Positions 1 through 11,366 of a stretch of DNA of 64,000 bases are shown one piece after another; position 1 is the stretch's first letter, and every line of letters begins with the position of its first letter. This DNA is from Asterias rubens (taxonomy: Eukaryota), in assembly GCF_902459465.1 (NCBI RefSeq), contig NC_047064.1, positions 21,080,001 through 21,144,000 on the forward strand, in the 5' to 3' direction. Under the pieces are notes generated by a model. It was not told the origin of the DNA. It saw only the letters and a list, made by a program, of their open reading frames with translations, and made no database searches. A program made the position numbers and the translations under genes.

Positions 1-1090
1 CATCCTCCAAACCGAGGCTGGGATGCAAACAAGTATGGCACCCTGTTTATCAAACGAGTATGTCAAGAATGTTAAATGTGCACGGCATGAGCATGTTCAA
101 ACATGGAGTCATGATGACAAACACTAGATGATGTTTCTCAAAAGTTATCAAAATTGGGTCAATTTTTATTTTATTTTATTTTCTGGTAAAAAATGTCAGG
201 ACCAAAACGTTGTGCTTGTGATTCTGCAATTGAGTAAGGATTATATTTAACTTATTTATGTTTATAATAATTTTTTGTATTTCTATTATTAACATGGCCC
301 ATGCATTTTGTTGTTGTCATGGTAAGTTTCACACACCGGAAATGCAAAAAGATAATGAATATTGTTGTCCATATTGTACTAATTAATGTTAACCGAAACA
401 TTGCTAAAAGCAAAATTACGGTGGCGGGTAAAGAGACCAAAATAGTTTAAATCTCTGTTTAACTTACATGTATAACCAATGGACCAAAATCATTACAGTG
501 TTTACGGGATGTAAAATCAATGCAAGACAAACAATACCGGTGTTTTCATTATTAGCATCTAATCCATATTCATCACCGGTTTATAAATATTCATCAATGG
601 CGTATGGGGTATGCGTTACCTTGTTATGAATATTGACCGTATTAGACTATAACGTTCGTCATTAACACATACTATGGGCATTCGTCACCCGTTTATAATT
701 ATTCATCGTGACGTTAGGTATGCGTCACGAATATTGAGCCAATAGACTGAATGCTCACCAGGGGCGTATCATGAATATTCATCATTCGTTTGAATGACTG
801 AAGTCAACGAACCGTATCCGTTGCATGTGTTGTAGCATCTGTTACCATAGTTTGTATGTATCACGTCAAAGCAGCTAGATTATTAATTATTAAAAATCAT
901 AATTTTAAGAAAACATATTAAGGGATACGAATCCAGTTTGAGTTCAATTTTTACGCAAATGAGGATCAAATTATATACCAGGGGTTTTGAATGCTACACT
1001 TCAAAAACTCCCGGCTGAGAAATTGACCCGAGTTCTTGGTCCCATTTCTGGGCCAGGCTGACCCCGAAAAGTGGTTAGAATGGGATTTAA

Positions 1091-1471
1091 AGACATTGGA
1101 CACTATTGTTAATTACTCAAAAAAATTATTAGCAGTAAACCTTACTTGGTAACGAGTAATGGGGAGAGGTTGATGGTATAAAACATTATAAAAAAGGGCT
1201 CCCTCTGAAGTGGAGTAGTTTTCGAGAAAGAAGTTATTTTCCACGAATTTGATGTCGAGACCTCAGATTAGAATTTGAGATATCGAAATCAGGATCAGAA
1301 AGCACACAACTTCGTGTGACAAGGTTGTTTTTCCTTTCATTTTTATCTCATCTCGCAACTTCGATACCGATTGAGCTCAAATTTTCCTAGGTTTGTTATT
1401 TTTATGCTTATGTTGAGATACAGCAAGTGAGAAGACTGGTCTGTGACAATTACCAATAGTGTCCACTGTCT
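1091..1471 (-). mobile_element. MITE family A (Kolobok-type non-autonomous DNA transposon), full length
   Basis: TIR agacattggacactattg...caatagtgtccactgtct, TTAA at left flank, body matches copies at 6341, 49986 and 55666. AG..CT termini with TTAA TSD is the Kolobok signature (established); classification is inference. Confidence 0.85.
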
Positions 1472-1950
1472 TAAAACTCAGCTTGTGCGTCATTGTGACC
1501 CCTTTTGGGGTCGTTATGACGGGTTCCGGGTCAGAAATTACCATTTTCTGACCCGGATGTTTTTAAAATATATTTCCGGTAATCACTTTTTTTTTTACAG
1601 TCCTATCAAAAAGACGCAGGATGTTTAAATGTTGATGTTTCATTTTGATTTTTTTTTAAATCACGAGGACTTGACTGTGTGTGTTTTCCTCAATTTTGAG
1701 TTCCATAATACGCAATTTTAAGAACGTCAAATTCTAGTTAATTAATTTGGAGGTCGAGTCTTGTTTAAGTGTTATAATTTGTATATTGGGGCCAAAGAAA
1801 TCTGAAATCTCCGAAATAGTTCGGTATATTAAGTAAAGTTTTTAAAAAGTTACATAATATTATATTATACTATTTGTTTACTGTTAACCATGTACGTGTA
1901 AATATAAACCTATTTAAAAATTCATCTGGATTGAAGTTGCAGTACCTCTG

Positions 1951-2040
1951 TATGGTGGCTTTAAAGGGACATCGCAAATATATATTGGCGTCAATATTGG
2001 CGTCAATATATATTTGCGATGTCCCTTTAAAGCCACCATA
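1951..2040. mobile_element. 90-bp palindromic micro-MITE, IS3EU-like termini
   Basis: Perfect 37-bp arms tatggtggctttaaagggacatcgcaaatatatattg / reverse complement; 6-bp direct repeat cctctg at 1945-1950 and 2041-2046; termini TAT...ATA. Confidence 0.75.
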
Positions 2041-2848
2041 CCTCTGCCACATTTCTGATGTCAATCTACGCATTTTTATTAACCTTTGTGTTGCAACTTT
2101 TAAACATCAACCATTGGTACAGTATTGGTGACTACATTTTCAGCGGCAAACACTTTATTATTTGGTGACATCTGGATTTGAATAAGGTATAACAAGAACA
2201 AAGCAAACTTTACCAGTTTATTATTAGCCCGTAATGCATGTCGCAATTGCTGTACATAACTACAAAACCTTGCACAGTCATATATAAACCAACACCATGG
2301 CGTCCATCTTGGAATTGTAATTTCCTCTTCAACTGTGGACGGACCTACCCGGTTTCCAAAGATGCATTGCGCAACATTTCCAAGATGGCGCCTGTGCACG
2401 TGGGCTATTCTGTATTAATCCTTTCTTGGAGACTTCTGTGATTAGAAGAAGCCTATCTTAAACAGATTAATTTGAACAATATATTATTTCATTTTGATTG
2501 TTGGATATCTCAAAATACCATCTGTAAAGATCTATGTAATATAACCAAATGTACATAAATGTGTATGGTGTATCTCTATTTAACGAAACATCTGTTTCTA
2601 TTTCCAAAGGACCAATGTCATGCTATACGCAACTTGTAAAGCAGTAAACTCATGAACACAAAATAAAACATAACTCAAACAATGTGATATTCTTATGAAA
2701 ACATTCTTGTTATGTTGGAAACAATAAAAACAGTTTATGCACAATTCAGAAGATAGTATTATTCTTTGCTTTAATTCATTTGTAGTTTGTCTGATATTGA
2801 AAAACCGCCAACCGGCCCCAAACAAGAGGTATAATTAACGGTTTTTAA

Positions 2849-3362
2849 AGGCTCTGCAGCCGATTTCACGAAACGCTGGGATTAATCCTAACTCGAGTTA
2901 GGAAGGGTTCAATGCGTCCTACGTAATAATATCCGTATTTGGATACGGAACTGAACCCGTCCTAAGTCCTAAGATTAATCCTAAGTTAGGAAGAGTTTGG
3001 TGAAATCGACGGCTGGACACGTTTGGTAATCACTCAAACTATATAATTAGCATGAAATCTTACTTGGTATCAAGCTATGGAGAGATATTGATAGTATAAC
3101 ACATAATGAGAAACGACTCCCCTCTGAAGTGACGTAGTTTTTGAGAAAGGGGTAATTTCTCACTAGTAATTTATTTGCATCTGAGAAAGACGTCAGGCTT
3201 GAAGTCTGCCTCATGCATGAAAGCACACAAACTTTCTGTCATTGTTTTCTTGCAACTTAGAAGACCAATTGAGCTCAAATTTCCACGGATTTGTTATTAA
3301 TGCATTCGGATACATCAAGTTCGAATACTGATCTTTGACAATACCAAACGTGTCCAGTGCCT
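2849..3362 (-). mobile_element. MITE family A copy with family B inserted in its left TIR
   Basis: ttaa|aggctctg[insert]gacacgtttggtaat ... accaaacgtgtccagtgcct|ttaa; body homologous to family A. Confidence 0.8.
2857..3015. mobile_element. MITE family B
   Basis: Termini cagccgatttcacgaaac ... gtttggtgaaatcgacggctg; homologous to 22409-22590. Confidence 0.75.
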
Positions 3363-4360
3363 TTAAGGAGGGAAAATTTTCTCTTTAAATTCGAAAGATC
3401 TGCAGCTGGATTGTTAAATCATTTTGCTCTTATCCCTTGTATTTACTAGGCCCTTTAGATAAAAACACTGGTATCTCTTCAAAGAGAAATCCTTTAAAGA
3501 AATAAATCCACGTTTTTACCAAGTGCATGCAAGAGAAATGAACGACAAGGTGGAAAGTAAAAAAAAAAGACACAGTAGAAGGTTTCTAGAAGTACGAGAT
3601 GATTTTCTAAGTATATTAAGCGACGGCGCCGTGAGGGTTAGACTTTTTTGTACATTTTCATAAAGATCAAATCCGAACCAGGTTTTATTGGGAAGCTTTC
3701 CTTCTGGATTAAGATCACCTCAGCGAACAGGGAAAATACATCTCAATGCGATATTGTCACGTCTTCTTAGAGTCATTCGCTTAATGGATGTGTACATGAC
3801 GCGGGGGTTTAGTGAGCAGAAGACACTATCGCCTGCTCGCACGCGGTCACAACATTTTGGCGGGAAAGTGGCTCCACGTTGCTAGGGCGAGTTTGGGGGA
3901 GTCCTGCAAGGTCAGAATTTAGAACGAGTAGACCGTGTGTTCAACACCTTTTAAGGGGGTTCGAATCTGATTGGAGATGTACTCAGGGCGGTATTTAAGA
4001 ATGAATTCAGAATAATGAAATTGGAATTCGGTCTAATCATCGACAATGTATAAAATGGTTTTTTTATTTTTACATCTTGGGACATGTTCAAGGCGGTTTT
4101 GGGTAGAGTGGGGGAGGAGACACGAAAAATCGAAAGTTGGAAACCGATTTATTTTCAATTCTGCTGATGTGATGTTGTGTAGATTTCATTATGGTACTGG
4201 GAAGTCTGATGGACGATTTGAACTGTGACCTCTGACTAAGCGCCATGGGTGAAGATCATGAAAGTTCAACCTCGTAACCACGTAAGATGAAATCATGAAG
4301 AACACTGTGAAGCCAGATTGTTGCGGACTGAGAAAGAGCCTACTAAAAATGTTTTAGATG

Positions 4361-4401
4361 GCCTGACGTTTCGACCCTATCGTAAAGTCTGTCTCGAAGG
4401 C
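4361..4401 (-). ncRNA. degenerate minimal type-I hammerhead ribozyme remnant (Penelope/retrozyme-type)
   Basis: Minus strand: gcct-TCGAGAC-a-gact..ggtc-GAAACGTC-aggc; stem I gcct/aggc, stem II gact/ggtc, GUC triplet; core non-canonical. Confidence 0.4.
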
Positions 4402-4431
4402 TTTAATGACATCACATCAAACAGTAACATA

Positions 4432-4668
4432 GCCCAATTTCATAGAGCTGCTAAGCACCAAAATTTGCTTAGCATGAAATTTCATCCATGATAAAAACGT
4501 GATTTCCGACAAAATTTCCATTTGTTTCATGTTGCTTGTTACTGGTCTTCAGCTGTTGTTTGCTTATCCTATAAATCACGTGGAAAATTGGTTGGTAATC
4601 CTGTTTTTATCAAGGAAGAAATTTCATGTTAAGCAATTTTTGTCTGCTTAGCAGCGCTATGAAAATGT
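4432..4668. mobile_element. MITE family C (imperfect TIRs)
   Basis: gcccaatttcatagagctgctaagc ... gcttagcagcgctatgaaaatg inverted ends. Confidence 0.6.
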
Positions 4669-5111
4669 ACACTGGTAACTAAATGAAACATAAGCAGTGA
4701 AGTGATACATGACAAGACAGAGATAGAAAGCACACAGACAAAAGCAAGGGGTAAACAACGGAGATGGAAATAATGGGTGGGGAAGGGGCTAGTGTCACCG
4801 CAAGAAGATCGAAACACAGTTTTAAGCTTAAAGGTAATGCATATTTAGTTTCAATCTTTCCAAACAACAATAATGTTTAGAATAAAAATGGTTTGCGCAT
4901 TTCTAATTGGTTTATATTCTTGCTTTATTGTAGGTAGGTAAAACGTAAAAGTCCCTTTTATTCGATGGATTTGAATGGGTTCGTGCAAACAGGCCTCATT
5001 TCACCACTTCAAAAAAGAAAAATACACATCAATCGGTTAAAAAGCAACATCTCTACACTTTTGATTCATTTACAACATCTAGAATAGAATTGTGAAAATA
5101 CTCCGTTACAG

Positions 5112-5239
5112 CTTCTTCAGAATGTCTACGTAGATGGATTAAGTCCCAGAGCGGAGGAAAAGTATACAACTACAACTCTGTAGAGCGGAATGAAAGGGAG
5201 GAGGGGGCGATGTTGTGCATGGGCGAAGAGACCGAATGA
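5112..5239 (+). CDS. candidate terminal coding exon of an unidentified upstream gene
   Basis: Acceptor ccgttacag, phase-1 open frame SSECLRRWIKSQSGGKVYNYNSVERNEREEGAMLCMGEETE* looks protein-like; no homology recognised and the acceptor is weak. Confidence 0.2.
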
Positions 5240-5831
5240 ATTGAGAACTCCAAACAACAGTAAGAAACTGATGTAAAAAAATCGATAGTTTTTTCACCTA
5301 ACTTTTTTAAATAATAATAATAATATCAAAATTGTATGGGGATATTTTATTTGGGTGAACAAAATAAGTTGTACAAATCGGGAATTCTAACGGGATCTTC
5401 TTAAGAGAGGACTTTTTTTTTAATTTTTTTGTCAAATTTAAATTACCTTGGATTTGTGTAAGTAAACTTCGTGTTGCACTTTTTAGAGCCATGTGCTACT
5501 CTTGGGGTTTCTTAAACGGGCGATCACAGGTACTGGTCAAAAGAAGTATTTTTGGACACTTGCCAAGAGCTGAATAAATAAGAAGAAACCCAAGGCAAAC
5601 ATTTTACACTTGTGATCATTGTGGTCATTTACAAATCTGTAGCTAGCCTCACATGTGAATATTTTCTGTAATTGCGTGGGTTTGCATTACTTTGGGTTTT
5701 CCTCCTACATCTAAAATTCATTTGCATTGTTCGTCATAAAATCCTCTGCACACGTATATTCAGACCTTGGTTTGATAACACGAAGAAGAAAACATAAACA
5801 TAAAAAACTAGTGTTACTTGCATAATGTATA

Positions 5832-5939
5832 AACTGCCGTTTAAAACCGGCAGGGTCGTGGCCGTGCTATAAAGGCACTCACCTTCGGCTCGGGCCTCTA
5901 TCACACGGCCACGACCCTGCAAGGTTTTAAACGCCAGTT
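5832..5939. repeat. inverted repeat, about 35-bp arms
   Basis: aactgccgtttaaaaccggcagggtcgtggccgtg ... cacggccacgaccctgcaaggttttaaacgccagtt with a ccttcggc-containing loop. Confidence 0.7.
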
Positions 5940-6340
5940 CAAGAACGAGTCACTACACTTTTATTCACATTTATTCCCCTTTTTGGTTAAAATGCGCAAT
6001 AAAGTATGAAACTCTGTAAAAGTTTGTAAAATCCGTTTTCCGACGTCCTTGAGCTCTGTATACGTGTGTTGCATTTTTATGACGGAGACAGTTTTCGGAT
6101 ATGCATTCGTGCGCGTAGTAGTATGCATCTGAACGTATCCGAAAACAACCGGTTATAAACAGCTCCAGCTGGTCATTATCAACCATTTAAACACCCCCAG
6201 GTGACGTGCTCTCGACCAATAGGAATAGTGAAACTGTCGGGGGTATTCATGAATGCAGATCAATGTATAAATTATTGTTAAATTTTGTAAAACGAACCGT
6301 GTTATTCATGCGTGTCAACAATCTACATAAACTTATTTAA

Positions 6341-6713
6341 AGACACAGGAAACTATTGGCAATCGTCAAAGACCAGTCTACTCACTTGGTGTATCTATGC
6401 ATAAAATAAAAAATCTGTGAAAATTTGAGCTCGATTGGTCGTCGGAGTTGCGAGATAACTATGAAAGAAAAAAACACCCTTGTCACACGAAGTTGTGTGC
6501 TTTCAGGTGCTTGATTTCGAGACATCAAATTCTAAACTTGAGGTCTCGAAATCAAATTCGTGGAAAATTACTTCTTTCTCGAAAACTACGTCACTTCAGA
6601 GGGAGCCGTTTCTCACAATGTTTTATACTATCAACCTCTCCCCATAACTCATTACCAAGTGAGGTTTTATGCTGATAATTTTTTTGATTAATTACCAATA
6701 GTGTCAACTGCAT
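6341..6713 (+). mobile_element. MITE family A, full length
   Basis: ttaa|agacacaggaaactattggcaat ... attaccaatagtgtcaactgcat|ttaa; internal match to other copies. Confidence 0.85.
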
Positions 6714-7380
6714 TTAATGATGATACGAAATGATTGAATATTTTATTCAAGAAAACTGATATAAGATACGTATTCGAACCAATGCCTCATCAATTGGAAG
6801 ATACAGCTAAAAAATTATTAAATTCCTTTTTAAATAGAGGGCCTAGTTCGGAGGTGGGAGACCCGTGGCGTGACACTAGCGTGGAGTCGTCTCAACTCAA
6901 TAAACAGGGAGGCGATTGTTAGCTTGCTATTCAATCCGTGAAGTCGAGGACTCTTTTTAAAAAGCGCGGGAGCTTGGCTACACTGGAGGTTTTTTTTTTT
7001 CTTTTTTTTTCTTTCTCAAACAGTTGTTGATTTAAGTCAGATTTTCCGCGGGCTTTAGATGTAAATACCAATCGAGAAGTCCGTCTCCATTTCGATCGAT
7101 CGAGGCAACCTATTCAGAGGGATTTTTTTAGTGGGGCGAAATGATTCAAATTACAGCCTACAGAATACTGGGGCTGCTCGGTTTACTGGAGAGACCACAT
7201 CTTGAGTGTCTGTGATCAAGGGATGATGGAGTAGAAAGTGGAATTGGTGAAAATTAGAAATGTTAGTGTAAGTGACTGACTTATAATTATTATTTTTTTT
7301 TTTGGATAAAGTCTTTGTCTCTGCCAGGGTTTTTTTCCCAATAAAGAGAGTAGTTTGCCTGCTTTCAAATTTCTATTAGA

Positions 7381-7566
7381 AGGCTTCAGGCCTGAAGTCT
7401 TTTAGTATTCGAGTGAAAAAATACCTCTTCCTAAAAAACACTACGTTACCTCAGAGGGAGTTTTTTCACAATGCGTTATACCATCAACAGCTCCCCATTG
7501 CTCATTACCAAGTAAGTTTGTATGCTAACAATTATTTTGAGTAATTACCAATAGTGTCCAGTGCCT
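7381..7566 (+). mobile_element. MITE family A, 3' half
   Basis: Ends gagtaattaccaatagtgtccagtgcct; 5' half missing. Confidence 0.7.
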
Positions 7567-9487
7567 GGATGTTGTGACAGTTTGTAGATGGGGATCGATG
7601 TCTTGGGACAGTTATTTCTCATTAATTGCACCCGGAATGTCGACAACCTTCCAGCTCATACCCACTAAGAATACATCATCGATAATCGATAACATATCAC
7701 ACAGCAATACAGACACTCTACACCGCTAATTAAGCCTTTATTTTTACAGTCTTCTGTGGTACTAAAGCCGCTAATTAAGAAATTATGGTAATGACGGGAT
7801 TTGTTTAGACGTGTTAGTTTCGATTTGGGTGCATTTGCGATCATTACAAAATTGTTCAGGGTAATGGCTTGGGGATAAAACAAACCATGTCTACCGAGAG
7901 TGGAAAAGGAGTGGTTGAATAACACGCTGGGAAAATAATTTCAAACAAAAAGTTACCCGGTCGTAGCAATGATTGTATAAAGCGTTGTTACAATTATTTA
8001 AATTTAATTTATTTACAGGGTGTATAGGTGTCAAATTCATCCTGAAAAGTGAAGTTTGGAGTGTTCTAAATTTATTTAATTGAGTAGAAATACACAAGTA
8101 GAAATATCCTGTCAAATAGTAATCTGTGCTTGCAATACAAAATTGTAAAGGGACATGATATAAAAAAAAAAATCACAAAGTGTTACCCGTTTAAGATTTT
8201 TTAATAAACCAAATCTCTCTATACCATTTTCAGACATTTTTGGACACTAGATTATTAAACCAATGCACTATTTTCTAAAACCAATAAATATGGGTTTCCT
8301 TTGACGTTTCTCTCTCGGCATATCACTGTAAAACAAAATGTCAAAATTCATTACTTCGTATCTGAACTGATTCGATTAACGAACACACAGCGCTGTGAGT
8401 ACATGACATTTATATTCATGGTTGTACAGATAAGGTGGATAAACTTCCCACCCCCGTTTAATTCGGTCCGACCCCGCTCCGGCCGTTCACGACGGGGGGG
8501 GGGGGTCGTCGCTGGAGACGGTGGATGGAGGAGAGAGCTCTGATCGATGGTAGCCAATGGAAATCTCGGACGAACATGGACCGTTTAGCTTAATTGATTA
8601 GACTGGGTCTGTGCGGACCATCGCCTCGCTGGGCCGGCCGTCCCACCAGCCAGCAACACCGTCCAGTTTGATAGAATCGGGCGATATACACACCCGGTGT
8701 GATGGGTTATTATTAATCGACAGAGGAATCTAATCCTGGAATCTGTGACTACATCAAAGTGGAGGATTTGATCTGGAAGTGGCGGGGGAGGGAAATAAGG
8801 GGAGGATGAAATTTACTTCTCTTTGTTGTCTGAGATTGTCTTCTTGTTCATATAAGAATCGGCTACATAAGGACAGTTTGCCTTTATGGTCCCAACTCTT
8901 ACATTGGAATTCATAAACATACATTGTTGACTTTGTAACATCATGCTCAGTTTTTAAAGATGAATTTTTATGTATATTTACCAAAACGTATTGAGGCTAT
9001 AATATTTGGTATGTCAGATGAGCAAAATTATTGGAAAATAATTTACCATGCATTATAAGACAAACGTTCCGATGTCTTATTTTAACTAATGAACCACAAT
9101 GACACGAGCTCATACAGTTCATATATAAAGGTCATCTTTATGTAGTATATTGAAGGCACACGTCCAACATTTCTGGACATTCAGACTATTACTGAAATCA
9201 AAATTTACAACATTTCGGCCGAAACAGTTTCATTTATGTTTAATATTTTTAAAAATTTTGATTTTGTACAAAATTATTAAACAAAACGGCCGTCGAGTTG
9301 ACGTAATGGTCTTGTTTCATGCACCACTATGGATATTGTATCAGAACGAGGCATTCCAGCCTCGATATCATTCGATTGTGAGGAAATTAAAACGGACGGA
9401 TACAGCGATAAAAAAAGTATATTGACCCTTAACAAGATTATGCCCCAAGCTCAAATAGTGCCTCAACTGAGGTCAACAGAATAATGG

Positions 9488-9596
9488 CGGCTACAGCTAC
9501 GGCTAAAGGCTGTTGCTAAGGATGTTACTGATGACGTCATTGCTATTGAAACACATGATGACGCGATATGACGATCCGGAGCCATAGCCGTAGCCG
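9488..9596. repeat. short inverted-repeat element around a TGACGTCA palindrome
   Basis: cggctacagctacggct ... agccatagccgtagccg (15/17 complementary). Confidence 0.45.
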
Positions 9597-10320
9597 ATAA
9601 TTCGAACATTGCTTTTATCAATGGGTTTGTCGAGCAGTACGCGGTTGACCGCTCTCTCACCATGGCTTTGGGTCTGCTTTTCGAAATTCACATATTCGTC
9701 CCTGTTTGTTCATTGGTTGCCGGCCGGCTGTTTTGACAACGGTTAACATTTGGCTTTGTCCAATCAGGGTCCAAGTAAGGAGTTTCCCTCCCAGGGTTTA
9801 CTATTGTAAACATGGTTGGAAACAAAGTAAACCATGTGGACGAGGTTGTTGTATGGCCCTTTTCGAATCCACGGCCTCGGCTTAGGATTCGGCTTAGGCT
9901 AGCTAGGCCCCTCAGTTGTTTTGCCGTTCAGGGCTTCAGACCAGAGAACAGAACCCTTGAAGCCGAAGCCAAGTCGTGGATTCAAAAAGGCACATGTTTC
10001 TTGATATCCAAGATGGCGGTCATTGCAAGGGGCACATTGACGTCTCACTGAACTATTGATAAGATGTATTCATACATAACTGCATTTCTTATATTACGAC
10101 GTGATGTCATGCAAAACTGAAATATTATTATTGTAGCATCTTAATCAAAGGAGAGCGCAACACGAAAAAAGGTTCCCGCTCTCTCTGACATGAACTGTCT
10201 TTGTGGATCCGAAGAGTTCAGCCAAGACAATAATCGAGTTTGTGGTAATAATACAAACCCGGGATCATAAAAGAATACGCGGGGAATCTTTGTTGACGAA
10301 TGGTTCGGGCCCGCCTTTTC

Positions 10321-10340
10321 AGAGAGAGAGAGAGAGAGAG
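10321..10340. repeat. (AG)10 microsatellite
   Basis: Direct reading. Confidence 0.95.
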
Positions 10341-11297
10341 AAGAGAACAGAATAGATTCGATATTATTTCCACTTCATCTTTCGCTGCCTTACGATTATT
10401 AAATATAGATTCGGGTTAACCGTAAGAACCCTCTCCATCATGCTCCATCAAGTTTTCTGTTTGGAAAATACCCTGAACAGCTACACATGTACACCGTTAA
10501 TTTGATAGCGTCAAAGCTGATGACCATATCAATGAACAAAATGACTCGCAGCGATCCGACTTCCTGCCATATTTGTAATGATTACGCGGGGTTGTGTTTT
10601 CATAATCACCGGCCGATTTCCAGACGCGGGAACACCAGGGTTTATACAAGAAAGAAAGAAAGAAAGAAGAAAAAAAGGTTTCTTTTTTCCCGCGTCCGCG
10701 GGTCCTGACGATTCTTAATAATGACGGCAACTGAAACGACAAATTAGGCCCCGGAGTGCGAGCGGGTTTCTCGCGGGGATGGGCCCTTCGTATTCTGGCT
10801 CTGTACCCGTTGTTTAACTACCTGTACAGCTGGGCAAGCCAATATGTCGGTAATACTTTTTCTACCCGTTGAATCGCTGGTAGCTATCTGGCGGGACGGG
10901 TTTTTTCCTTTTTTGTGTATCATGACTGCTGGGTGTTCTTCTTGTATTCAATTTAGGGAAGTAACTTTGGTAAACATGCCAGCTTTATTTTGAAAAGGTC
11001 ATTTTTACTGAGGGGTGTTGTGGATCGTGGGCAAACAGAACGACTATTTCTGATGTCGTAATGTCGTGAATATAGATTGCTTTACAATTTAAAAAATTGG
11101 AATTTCGTATCACGTTGTTTTGGTTTTGTTTTAGTTTTACAAGCTTGTTGTCATTGTTGAATTACAGTTGGCATATATAAAATAAACACAAAAATACAAA
11201 GAAAATTTGGCATCGAATCCAACAGATCATCGTATAGTCTAAATGTTCTTCCTCCATGGTCTATTTAATAGAGAACTGGTGCAACGGAGCTATTATA

Positions 11298-11366
11298 AGA
11301 CGGCTATTCCACTACTGCTATACGGCTTATTGTATACGCCGTAAAGCAGTATTGGAATAGCCGTCT
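11298..11366. repeat. 69-nt hairpin, 29-bp arms (27/29), 11-nt loop
   Basis: agacggctattccactactgctatacggc-ttattgtatac-gccgtaaagcagtattggaatagccgtct. Confidence 0.75.

Noticed and set aside
9-22. 14-nt match between the window start and about 17860 (caaaccgaggctgg)
   Set aside because: Several such matches are expected by chance in 64 kb; no extension.
1-57. Possible exon end with GTATGT donor at 58
   Set aside because: Open in all three frames, no homology recognised, truncated by the window edge.
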